This document shows, in pieces, positions 17,021-26,300 of a stretch of 64,000 nt of DNA. The stretch is from positions 1 through 64,000 of the IMG/VR virus record IMGVR_UViG_3300021399_000012; one strand, 5' to 3'. The stretch's first letter is position 1. Each line of letters begins with the position of its first letter. This stretch comes from a virus. Its lineage: Duplodnaviria > Caudoviricetes. A model generated the notes under the pieces. That model ran no database searches. It was not told the origin of the DNA and saw nothing but the letters and a program-made list of their open reading frames with translations. A program made the position numbers and the translations under genes.

Positions 17021-17219
17021 TACCACATATAACGATTGGTAAGTTTTTATATAGGAGGTGTTTTATGTCTTATATAGTATACAAAGTAAATGATGACGGT
17101 GAAGCGTCAGATCCGCTAGGTGTGGTTGATGATAGAGACATAGCATTTCAAATCTATTGGCGGATGTTTAATGAAGGAACTGTACTACTAATACCTAATG
17201 AATAGAAAGGCTGAAAATA

Positions 17220-17462
17220 ATGGGCTATTTTATTGTATTACTTATTATATTTGGGGTGTTGCTTATTGCTGGAATAAAGACCAGACTAGAGCTGCTAAGG
17301 CAAATAAAAATAATAAATAAAAAAATTGATAATAATAGAATTAAATATTGTAAACTGTTAAACGAGGTCCATGAGCTGGATACAAAGATTTCAATCATGG
17401 AGCTTGGGGATGATATCAATTTTATGACAGATATTATGGAGGACGAAAATGATAACAACTAA
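17220..17462 (+). CDS. hypothetical membrane protein
   Basis: N-terminal TM. Confidence 0.65.
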   Translation: MGYFIVLLIIFGVLLIAGIKTRLELLRQIKIINKKIDNNRIKYCKLLNEVHELDTKISIMELGDDINFMTDIMEDENDNN

Positions 17463-17724
17463 AATTATATTTTTACTTTTTGGTGCTGCTCTTGTATTCG
17501 TAATTGGTTATTGGTTTGGAGCAAAGCGAGCATATAAAAAATGTACGGACATTATAAACCAAATGACTGAAGACATTAAGCTTACAGTTGGTGGTGAAGA
17601 GGCGCTGCGATCTTTTGTTGATGAGCATGAAATAACCAATGACTCCAAGCCAGAAGCTGATATAATCGATATACACGAGTGGAGAAGGAGACGATATGGA
17701 ATTAATGGTAAAGATGAGAGATAG
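17449..17724 (+). CDS. hypothetical membrane protein
   Basis: N-terminal TM, overlapping previous gene. Confidence 0.65.
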   Translation: MITTKIIFLLFGAALVFVIGYWFGAKRAYKKCTDIINQMTEDIKLTVGGEEALRSFVDEHEITNDSKPEADIIDIHEWRRRRYGINGKDER

Positions 17725-17864
17725 ATGCCTGTCGAGTGTCAAGGACTGGGCTCATAATCACGCCATAGATAAGGAATCCATAATAACTGGTGAGGTTGAA
17801 GATGATGAGTATATTTCATTAAAGGAACTAAACTCATTTCTTGCTAGGATGGGTGGTGATTTAA

Positions 17865-18323
17865 ATGAACGCTGAGGCATGGGTTGATGGTAGTTTCAAT
17901 GCTAAGTCAGGCACTTATGGTTCTGGCATTATATTAGTAATGGATGACGGTCATACAGTAGAGCAAATTGAATCTGGTGATAGTGAGATGTACAAATCCA
18001 GTCGTAATGTTACTGGAGAAGTATTTGCTGCTTTATCGGCAGTTGATATCGCTAGACGATACAAAGTAAAACACTTGACAATCCATTACGATTATGCTGG
18101 AATAGAAAAGTGGGCCACAGGCGAATGGAAAGCAAATAACGAGCTTACACAAATGTATAGTGGTATAATGCATCAATTATATTCCGTTAAATATGTCGAC
18201 TTTGACAAGGTTAAGGCTCACTCTGGAATATTGATGAATGAATGGGCTGACGAATTAGCCAAAATGGCATGCGGATTGAAGGAGAAAAATCATGATGAAC
18301 AACAAAATAAATCAAAAATTTAA
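17865..18323 (+). CDS. rnhA: ribonuclease HI
   Basis: WVDGS, GEV, IHYDY, KVKAHSG..MNEWADELAK catalytic motifs. Confidence 0.85.
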   Translation: MNAEAWVDGSFNAKSGTYGSGIILVMDDGHTVEQIESGDSEMYKSSRNVTGEVFAALSAVDIARRYKVKHLTIHYDYAGIEKWATGEWKANNELTQMYSGIMHQLYSVKYVDFDKVKAHSGILMNEWADELAKMACGLKEKNHDEQQNKSKI

Positions 18324-18489
18324 TTGTAATAAATGTACACACTCTGGTGTATGCATGTATAAAGATAATGTTCCTATTGTGGATGTGAATATTGGTAATG
18401 CAGATGATATTCCGGAGAAGTCTCCATTTATTATTACTATGAACTGTGACCAATTTATTCCACGCGGAGTAGATTTCAATATTAGATAG
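18292..18489 (+). CDS. small Cys-containing hypothetical protein
   Basis: CxxCxHxxxC motif; operon context. Confidence 0.6.
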   Translation: MMNNKINQKFNCNKCTHSGVCMYKDNVPIVDVNIGNADDIPEKSPFIITMNCDQFIPRGVDFNIR

Positions 18490-18503
18490 GGAGGATTGAT
18501 AAG

Positions 18504-18899
18504 ATGATAAAACTGGGTAATATAAATATAGATGATATGAATAGAATACAACTTGTAGCCATACGCGTTAATAGCGAAGACGATGGTATATTTACGTTCA
18601 GTTTGAAATATCGTGTTGCTTACAAAGATGGTAAGATAGAAGAAATCGAATTCCCGAGAGTTACAAATCCTTTTTATACGCATTACATTGCAATTCATCA
18701 GGAGCCATGGGATGATAAACACATCGAAACTCTGTCTCAATGCACATTAAAAATGGCTGATGATAAGGAAAAAGGCATCAAATATTGTATAGCACAGAAG
18801 ATCATAAAAGAGGCTGATCCTGTAGAAATGACTATGGATGAGATTGAGGCCGCTCTTGGTAAGCGTGTTAAAATAGTTAATAAAGGAGACAAGAAATGA
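18504..18899 (+). CDS. hypothetical protein
   Basis: GGAGGA RBS; C-terminal MTMDEIEAALGKRVKIV. Confidence 0.7.
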   Translation: MIKLGNINIDDMNRIQLVAIRVNSEDDGIFTFSLKYRVAYKDGKIEEIEFPRVTNPFYTHYIAIHQEPWDDKHIETLSQCTLKMADDKEKGIKYCIAQKIIKEADPVEMTMDEIEAALGKRVKIVNKGDKK

Positions 18900-19171
18900 A
18901 TAAAACATATAAAGACTTATCTAAAGAAACTATTGAGATGCTAGAACAGAACCACTACAATGTGACATACTGCTCGATAAACAATACAGAGCACTATGCT
19001 CATTGTGTCCTTACATACTACGATGATCCAACAGTGCAGATCGATATTATGTTAAAAGGTGTTGGTGACTCTGCAATCATGGCGTCTAGCGACGGTAGAC
19101 CATTCGTATTCACTACTGAGGAAATAGAAGCAGTAATACGAGTAGTTAAAGAATTGTCAGGTGATATGTAA
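18896..19171 (+). CDS. hypothetical protein
   Basis: ATGA overlap with previous gene. Confidence 0.65.
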   Translation: MNKTYKDLSKETIEMLEQNHYNVTYCSINNTEHYAHCVLTYYDDPTVQIDIMLKGVGDSAIMASSDGRPFVFTTEEIEAVIRVVKELSGDM

Positions 19172-19395
19172 TGGTATTAAAGCTGACTGGTAAAAAGAAA
19201 AGAATATTAAAGAGAATAGAACTGTTAAGAGCTGGTAAGATTGATAGCTTAACAGAATCTGATAGATTATATTTTAAAAAGAATTTCACAGATGCTGAGA
19301 AAATTGCAGTATACTCTAAAATATTCACCGTGGTTCCGGAAGAAGAAATAACAGACTGTACGGACGGAATTGTATTTTATGAGGAGGATAAGTGA
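19171..19395 (+). CDS. hypothetical protein
   Basis: TAATG overlap with previous gene. Confidence 0.65.
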   Translation: MVLKLTGKKKRILKRIELLRAGKIDSLTESDRLYFKKNFTDAEKIAVYSKIFTVVPEEEITDCTDGIVFYEEDK

Positions 19396-19721
19396 TGGAT
19401 AGTAGTAATCTTAAAGAGGTATATTTCGATGAATATTGCCCGAAGTGTAAGAACAAAGATCTAAAAGAAAATCAGGATCCTTGTCATGACTGTCTTCAGA
19501 ATCCAGGTAATATTGATAGTCATAAGCCAGTGCATTATCAGGAAAAGGTGTAGCCTATGAGTGTGGATGTCTGTAAGAACGGAAAACCAGATGGTAAACA
19601 TTATATTTGTACATTGTCAGGAAATGAATGTCCATTCTGGTTTAAAGAAAATTTAATAGATAAAGAAACAGGTGCATATAAAGGTATAAATATATGCATC
19701 GATTTCAAACCTTATTCAAAT

Positions 19722-19748
19722 CACGCATAATTTTCACTTCTTTCTATA
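19722..19748 (+). promoter_or_regulatory. phage promoter motif (variant)
   Basis: CACGCA-N15-TCTATA. Confidence 0.5.
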
Positions 19749-19754
19749 GAAAGG

Positions 19755-19991
19755 ATGGTGAATAACATGGAAAGTAAGGATTTAGTTATTACAGGACTTG
19801 ATTGGCAAACAATTTATGACGTATCAACAATGCTGGTACAATGTGACCAAGTAGCGTGGGAAGCGGTGAAAGGTCTGGATGTATCGGATGAAACGAAGCA
19901 TGAATTGGAAAAGAAAATCAATGGCATTTTAACTTTTAACAAACAGTTAATAAACTATCTTAAGGAAAACAAACCGAGTGAGGAGTCTTAA
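19755..19991 (+). CDS. hypothetical protein
   Basis: Downstream of promoter variant 19722-19748. Confidence 0.65.
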   Translation: MVNNMESKDLVITGLDWQTIYDVSTMLVQCDQVAWEAVKGLDVSDETKHELEKKINGILTFNKQLINYLKENKPSEES

Positions 19992-20011
19992 CAGGCTCCA
20001 AACTCTTTTCC

Positions 20012-20125
20012 CTGGCTGTGGTGTAATGGTAACAGGCTACTTGGGCGCCCATGTTGGATTATTAGGTATACATAATAATCTAACACTTGAGAGTAGAAAT
20101 TCAGGTTCGATTCCTGGCGGCCAGA
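20012..20125 (+). ncRNA. tRNA-like RNA with 50-nt expanded anticodon loop (pseudo-tRNA)
   Basis: Acceptor CTGGCTG/CGGCCAG+A, D arm GTGT-AATGGTA-ACAG, anticodon stem CTACT/AGTAG, T arm TCAGG-TTCGATT-CCTGG at canonical spacing; loop carries a 13-bp hairpin. Confidence 0.7.
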
Positions 20126-20128
20126 CTA

Positions 20129-20155
20129 TTCGCATTATTTTCTAGTGCTAATATG
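20129..20155 (+). promoter_or_regulatory. phage promoter motif
   Basis: TTCGCA-N15-AATATG. Confidence 0.65.
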
Positions 20156-20185
20156 AAAAATTATTTAAAAACGGAGGGATTAAGT

Positions 20186-20353
20186 ATGAACAAGAAAGAA
20201 AAGAGTATTACTGTTAGAAGAGAAAAAGATGGAACAATAAAAACAGAATTCGTTAATTGTACAGTATACGATGACGAGATGATGGATCTTTTACTCGAAG
20301 CAGCTAAGATGTATCTTGTTGTGGAACGTGAGAACTCGAAAAAGAAGAAATAA
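20186..20353 (+). CDS. hypothetical protein
   Basis: Start moved to ATG 20186 after GGAGG; promoter 20129-20155; 29-bp element after stop. Confidence 0.7.
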   Translation: MNKKEKSITVRREKDGTIKTEFVNCTVYDDEMMDLLLEAAKMYLVVERENSKKKK

Positions 20354-20359
20354 TTTTAA

Positions 20360-20388
20360 AGACCTTAGCAAGTCTATAAACTGCTAAA
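20360..20388 (+). repeat. 29-bp dispersed element (copy 6)
   Basis: Exact copy. Confidence 0.9.
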
Positions 20389-20409
20389 ACTTTTTATAAA
20401 GGAGGAAAA

Positions 20410-21108
20410 TTGAATATGGAAAACATTATTAAATTTTGTGAATCATGGAATATCCCATTTGAGGACAATGGCAGAAAGGTGTACGGTGAAAGGACTATTA
20501 CAGTAAATGAAAAGTTAATCATAACAAAATGTAATTTCACTTGCCGATATGGTGTTAAATTAAAAGGGGAATATGATGATTTGAACAAATATGGACAAAT
20601 CTATGGTGTTATAAGATTAATAAAAGATTATAATTCAGAATACTTTGATGCTTATAAAAACAGGAGATGTTATATACCATATTATACTGGATATTATGAG
20701 GATTTAGGTGCTCATCAATGCCAAACTTGTATTGATATGCGTAAAGAACGGATTGAAAAGGGCATATCTGAATGTGGTTCATATAGTTTGTTTGATGAGA
20801 ATGGATTATATTCAGGTTGGTATTGTGACTATGAATATGAAGAACCAGATAAGGACACATTTAAAAAATGCTATGAAGATAGTTGTATTGGATGGGACTC
20901 TTCAGACGGATTTGAAATGAAATTAACTACTGACGATAGTCACGGTGTGGTAGCATGTTTATATTATCCAGAAACAAAAGTCATAAAAAGTAGATACAAC
21001 AGTTGGAAAGACATCGCTGAAATGTATTACGATAATGAAATAACTGAGCATGAAAAACAAATTGAAGAACTTAAGAAAGGGTTATCTGAATTACTTAAGG
21101 AGGAGTAA
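20410..21108 (+). CDS. hypothetical protein (Cys/Tyr-rich)
   Basis: Long ORF with GGAGG RBS. Confidence 0.7.
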   Translation: MNMENIIKFCESWNIPFEDNGRKVYGERTITVNEKLIITKCNFTCRYGVKLKGEYDDLNKYGQIYGVIRLIKDYNSEYFDAYKNRRCYIPYYTGYYEDLGAHQCQTCIDMRKERIEKGISECGSYSLFDENGLYSGWYCDYEYEEPDKDTFKKCYEDSCIGWDSSDGFEMKLTTDDSHGVVACLYYPETKVIKSRYNSWKDIAEMYYDNEITEHEKQIEELKKGLSELLKEE

Positions 21109-21109
21109 T

Positions 21110-21289
21110 ATGAAAGATAAACTGGTTAACATCCGATTCACAGAAGCTGAAAGAAAGATGCTAACAGAACTGACAACTGAATATGGAATCACGAAGACCG
21201 AGGCAATACGTCTTGGTCTTCAATTATATTTCGATAATTACGCAAATTGTAAAGTTAAGAAAACAGGAAAGAAGGTATGGAAAGAATGA
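21110..21289 (+). CDS. ribbon-helix-helix (CopG/MetJ-like) DNA-binding protein
   Basis: KLVNIRFTEAERKMLTELTTEYGITKTEAIRLGL pattern; start moved to ATG 21110. Confidence 0.65.
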   Translation: MKDKLVNIRFTEAERKMLTELTTEYGITKTEAIRLGLQLYFDNYANCKVKKTGKKVWKE

Positions 21290-21567
21290 TGAGTTATATT
21301 TTATGTGGATTAGCTATTTATGGCTTTATTGGATTGTTTATAGTTATACTCGGCTGTTTATCTGGAGAAATGCAAAAAATAGCACATGAGACATGTAACG
21401 GATATGTGTCAGAAACGAGTTTTATGATAGCGATGGCTCTTGTAGCTATTGTAATATGGCCAACTATGTTATCATCAGGTAAGAAATCAGGGATTAGATA
21501 TTCTGATGAAGAATTAAAAGAGATTGAAGACGCAATATCTGATTCGAAGGAGGAAGAGAAGCAATAA
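21277..21567 (+). CDS. two-TM membrane protein
   Basis: Two hydrophobic segments. Confidence 0.65.
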   Translation: MERMMSYILCGLAIYGFIGLFIVILGCLSGEMQKIAHETCNGYVSETSFMIAMALVAIVIWPTMLSSGKKSGIRYSDEELKEIEDAISDSKEEEKQ

Positions 21568-22100
21568 TGCTAAATGAAAGAAATGAGAAAACTAAAAGAG
21601 TTATTCATCTCATGGTTACTACATTATGTAAACGAAATTGTGAGTATTGTTGTAACAAGCAGTATGACTTAAATTCAATTCCATATGTAACCGATGAGGA
21701 ACTCAAAGAAGCCGCGGTTCTATGCATTACTGGTGGAGAACCTTTTGCATTTACAGATCCAACGGAAATAGCAGGGTATTATAAAAAGAAATATCCAAAT
21801 ATTAAAACTGTATATGCGTATAGTAATGCGGCAGAATTATATTCATTCATAGCTAGGAGTCCACATGCATACTATAGTGAGATCGACGGGTACACTATTT
21901 CGATAAAAAATATTACTGATCTTTTAAGAGTATATGCTCTTCAAGATGACGCTGGATCTGTATTTAAGGGCAAGAGTAATATTGTATACTATTTCGACGA
22001 GGATCTTAATCCTGGTGATTTGGATGATTTTAAGATTATTAAAAGAGACTGGCAGGAAGAATTCAAGCCAGCTGACGACAGTATATTTAGAAGAGTGTAA
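21567..22100 (+). CDS. minimal radical SAM protein (activase-like)
   Basis: CKRNCEYC (CxxxCxxC) and ITGGEP motifs. Confidence 0.8.
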   Translation: MLNERNEKTKRVIHLMVTTLCKRNCEYCCNKQYDLNSIPYVTDEELKEAAVLCITGGEPFAFTDPTEIAGYYKKKYPNIKTVYAYSNAAELYSFIARSPHAYYSEIDGYTISIKNITDLLRVYALQDDAGSVFKGKSNIVYYFDEDLNPGDLDDFKIIKRDWQEEFKPADDSIFRRV

Positions 22101-22115
22101 TGGAGGAAAACACAA

Positions 22116-22343
22116 ATGATATATCGTGAAGGAGATTATGATGAATATTTTAAAAAATATGATGTAAAGCCAGAAATATTATCTGATGGCGACAAGTTTA
22201 ACGCGTTCTTCGGAGTAGATTATGCGGTGCTGACAGATGAACACATAAAAGCATTGCAGGAAGGTAAAGTATTATATTTAGACATTAACTGTGGAGAATA
22301 CTGTTGTTTGATAAAGAAAGAGGAGGTAAACACAAATGAATAA
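22116..22343 (+). CDS. hypothetical protein
   Basis: GGAGG RBS. Confidence 0.65.
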   Translation: MIYREGDYDEYFKKYDVKPEILSDGDKFNAFFGVDYAVLTDEHIKALQEGKVLYLDINCGEYCCLIKKEEVNTNE

Positions 22344-22617
22344 AGATTATATTACTGATGACATTATTAAGGATATTGCACGCAGCTTAGCGACCGATAC
22401 ACCACTTACTGATTATCAAAAAGAATGCATTGTGTATGCACTATATAAGGTGCGAGATGTTAGACAGGTTCCTTATTATGAAGTTGTATATCATGACGAG
22501 TACGATAGAACTGAACACAGAATTATGGAACCAGTATCTGTGACACTTAGAGATGGTGGTCGTGTTAAAATTCGTGAAGATCATTTCGAGTTGAATTTTA
22601 ATAGAATGTTGCCTTAA
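22336..22617 (+). CDS. hypothetical protein
   Basis: GGAGGT RBS. Confidence 0.65.
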   Translation: MNKDYITDDIIKDIARSLATDTPLTDYQKECIVYALYKVRDVRQVPYYEVVYHDEYDRTEHRIMEPVSVTLRDGGRVKIREDHFELNFNRMLP

Positions 22618-22626
22618 AGGAGGGGA

Positions 22627-22944
22627 ATGATGCAGAATCCTAATAAATATTTAGTAGAGCAGCTGAAGAAAGATCCAGATGCTGAGATATTAAAACTGTT
22701 AGAAGAAGAAAAACTGTTAGAAGAAGACGTAGTAAATCATCCATCACATTATGAATCCGGCAAATTCGAATGTATAGATGTTATGGAGGAAGCTCTTGGC
22801 GTTGATAATGTTAAGGGCTTTTGTTTATGTAACGCATTTAAGTATATTTATCGTCATCGCAGGAAGAATGGCGATGAAGATATTAAGAAAGCTCAATGGT
22901 ATATAAATAAGTATTTGGAGCTAGCGGAAGGAACAGAAGAATGA
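22627..22944 (+). CDS. DUF3310-like protein
   Basis: VNHPSHY..GKFECID..GFCLCNAFKY..R..KNG.EDIKKAQWY signature (family name from memory). Confidence 0.75.
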   Translation: MMQNPNKYLVEQLKKDPDAEILKLLEEEKLLEEDVVNHPSHYESGKFECIDVMEEALGVDNVKGFCLCNAFKYIYRHRRKNGDEDIKKAQWYINKYLELAEGTEE

Positions 22945-23339
22945 TCGGGGAAACTTATATATTAAACATTAACGCCGGCTATAATCATAGGCAGAAGAAG
23001 TATATTTATGGCGGGAGGATAACAGAGGAAAGCGGGAAACTGGTATATAGTTTTACAGGTAAGGATGATGACTGGAGATACAGTTATGAGCAGACATTAA
23101 GCGGTGAGATATTCTCTATAATCGCTGCATTATATATTACTCGAAGACTTGGTAAATGTGAAAAGCTGCAATTGGTAGGCACTCCATTCTACATCATGAA
23201 CTTTTTCAAAGACCCGACTTCTCTGTCTAGGACCGGTATCCCTATCTGGGAGCATCTGTATCATATTATATACCGAAAGAAAGTATGTAAGGACATAGAA
23301 GTCGACGATATATGTGATGCAGTAACATTTTATTTTTAA
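22941..23339 (+). CDS. degenerate RNase H-fold protein (paralog of 17865..18323)
   Basis: SGEIFSIIAAL vs TGEVFAALSAV; first catalytic Asp replaced (INAGYN vs VDGSFN). Confidence 0.45.
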   Translation: MIGETYILNINAGYNHRQKKYIYGGRITEESGKLVYSFTGKDDDWRYSYEQTLSGEIFSIIAALYITRRLGKCEKLQLVGTPFYIMNFFKDPTSLSRTGIPIWEHLYHIIYRKKVCKDIEVDDICDAVTFYF

Positions 23340-23350
23340 GGAGGAGTAAG

Positions 23351-26300
23351 ATGAATCAATGGGCTACAACAGTTGATAGATTCTTGGAGTTTTTCGACGA
23401 TATTGAAAAAATCAACTATCAAAAGAAAATCATAGTATTCGACGAGAACTATAACAATGATGAACTAAATAAGATATACGACTTGCTTAAAAACAAGTGG
23501 AAAGTCAACAAGTTAGATCGTTTAGATCACTTTGATAGTTACGAGAAGTATACTTATGAATACAAATACAATTACGATTTAATAGAAAGAAAAATTATAT
23601 TAGTTGAGAATTGTGACCTGGATGTCATAACCGATGCTTATGAATTGTTTGAATATATAAGAGAAGGTTATGAGTTATGGCATGTTGTTTCACAGTTTAC
23701 TCAGTATATATGGGATAAGGAGGAGTAAATGGATAACACTGAATTCTTATTACAGGAAATCGAAGGGTTAGAGAAGTCATTGAAAGAAGCTAATGATAAA
23801 ATCGAAGCTTTAGAGAAGGCCGAATCGATTATTAACGATAGCGAATTGATCATTGCTCCATTCTCTGTTCCAGCGCCAATTATTCCAGATCATATAAAAA
23901 ACGCAATGACAGATATTTATAAGTGGATGAAAACAGAATCGTATGGCGCAATACAAACGGATTATACAGACAACGGAATTTTAAAAATGTTTATACATTT
24001 AGAGAATGTAGAACCTGTTAAGATTAATTTATCGGAGGTATTGAAAGATGATTAACGGTTATTATATTGATCTAATTGACTTGTCTGGTCTTTTAGATAA
24101 TCAGCAGAAAATAGACGTGTCTTATGATGACGGTGCTAAGGGTTATATCGGCACCTTACATGGTTGTCCAATCGCTTTAGGAAGGGTTCCAGTTAGCCAA
24201 CTAGAGGCAGCAGATGATACTTTAAAGATTACATTAACAAAGGGGTGATTGAGGATGGAATTTGTAGAAGTAATGAAACATAAACAAAGAATGTGTGATC
24301 ATTATTATCGGAAGAGCTTATGTCATAAATGCCCTTTGAGTTCTATCAATAGCAATAATGGGAAAGGTTTTCTAGGTTGTGCCGAATTTTGTACTAAATA
24401 TCCAAAAGAAGCTCAGACAATCATTATGAACTGGACAAAAGAGCATCCATTTAAAACCAACAGAGAGGTAGCAGAAGAGGTTCTTACAGAGAAATTCGGG
24501 GATATATTTGACGTATCTCAGTTGGGCTGCAGTTTCCTAAAGGAACCATGTGGGGCCATAACATGTACAGAATGTGATATTCATGATTTTTGGGATCAGG
24601 AGTATAAGGAGGTACCTAAAGATGCGAATGGAAATTGATATAGATGAATATGATTATGAAAAGGTAAAAGAACTTGTATCAGATGGAGTGTTTGATTACG
24701 AAGGAACTACTGCACATCTATATAAAAGTGTTGCAAATGGTAAGGTAGAAGATTTACCTAACACAGATGCGATAGGTAAAGAAGAATATGTGAAGAAATC
24801 AGACATTGTTGATATGTACGAGAATGATTTCCCGAACTTAGATGATGGTGTGCACTGGAGTAGGAGCGATATTATTAATAATCTAGATGATGTTCCTAGT
24901 TATTTTATGACGCCGGTAGAGTGCACAGAAGTAAGACCTATTACTCATAGTCATTGGGTTCATCATAAGGGAGAATATCATGAATATGTAAGTTGCGCCA
25001 AATGCGGTGAACTTGCTAAATGTGCCGAAATGGCTGATTGTGTATTGTGGAAATATAGCACATATTGCTCTGATTGCGGAAGTATTATGGATGGAGAAAT
25101 CGAGGAGGTAGAAGAATGAATATTTTTTGGAATATTGCATATTTCGTGTTGGCGGCATTATTTGTTGTAACATTTGCTTACCTTGGAGTGTTTCTTCATA
25201 AGGCGACAACAGAAGATTTGCCTGATCAAGGAGGTAGAAAAGTGAATAATGAAGATCAAACTGTTTCTGAGTTTTATAATAAGTTGCCTGAGGAAAAGAA
25301 AGAAACTATAACAGCTTTTGTTAAAGCAGCAATTAGTAAACAGGACAAAATTGATTCACGGTATATAGAATGCTTTAAGACAAAATTTACCGATGAAGAA
25401 AAAGATATCACATATTATTTAGTTGGTTCTGCTATCGAGAAAGAATGGAGCGAGGTGAAAGATAATGAAGAAAGACAAAATTAAAGATATTTTCATTTGG
25501 GTACGCGGGATTTCACTTTGCATAGCTGCAGTATGTGTTATATTTGGATTTTGTGTTCCGAATGTATTAGCAAAGGAATCTAAAAAGAATACAGTGAGAA
25601 TAACTGAATATGACAATAAAATCATAGGTGACGATGCTGGCGGTATAATCGATTTCACAGACCCAGAGACCGGAGTGTGCTACTTTATTTATAAGGATGG
25701 ATATCATGGAATGGGTCAGGGTGGAATGACCGTGCGATACAATGCAGATGGCAGCATTATGGTTAGAGATGTTACTGTGATTGATAAAATAGAAGAGAAA
25801 GGAACTGGAGGTAAGTAAATGAAGAAGAAAGTAATTAGTTTAGGTATTATTTTAACATTATGTGTTATGGTGCTCACAGGCTGCTCTGAGAAGACTAGAG
25901 CTAGAAACTTTGGTGGTAACGCTTCAATTGATTTAGAGCCAGGAGAAAAGCTTGAAGAGGTTACATGGAAAGACAGTAATCTCTGGATTCTCACAAGACC
26001 GATGAAAGACGGTGAGACTGCCGAGACATATAAATTCTCTGAGGATAGTGAATTCGGTGTCCTCGAGGGAACTGTTACTATTATAGAGCATGAAGGAGAG
26101 TAGATATGGATAAAGAACTTTATGTAATATCTTCTTTAGGTGGCGATTGGCAGAAGGCTGTTAAAATGACGAAAGAGGAAGCAAGAGCCATTGATTGGTT
26201 TATTGGACAAACTGATGTGGATTATTATATTCAGAACGCAAAAGAGATAGTGGAGGAAATAGAATAATGATTAACTGGAATAAAGTTTTTACTAGTATAA

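Noticed and set aside
17008-17036. Leftward promoter at the 17024 motif copy
   Set aside because: Unlike the 13943 copy there is no TATAAT-like box at the matching distance, so the shared motif is not simply a reverse promoter
20012-20125. Functional canonical or intron-containing tRNA, or tRNA-Sec
   Set aside because: No excision gives a U33 7-nt loop, there is no group I intron core, and there is no UCA anticodon or Sec-type arm geometry
992-20388. 29-bp repeats as a CRISPR array
   Set aside because: Copies are 100 bp to 10 kb apart with whole genes between them; no regular spacers and no cas genes
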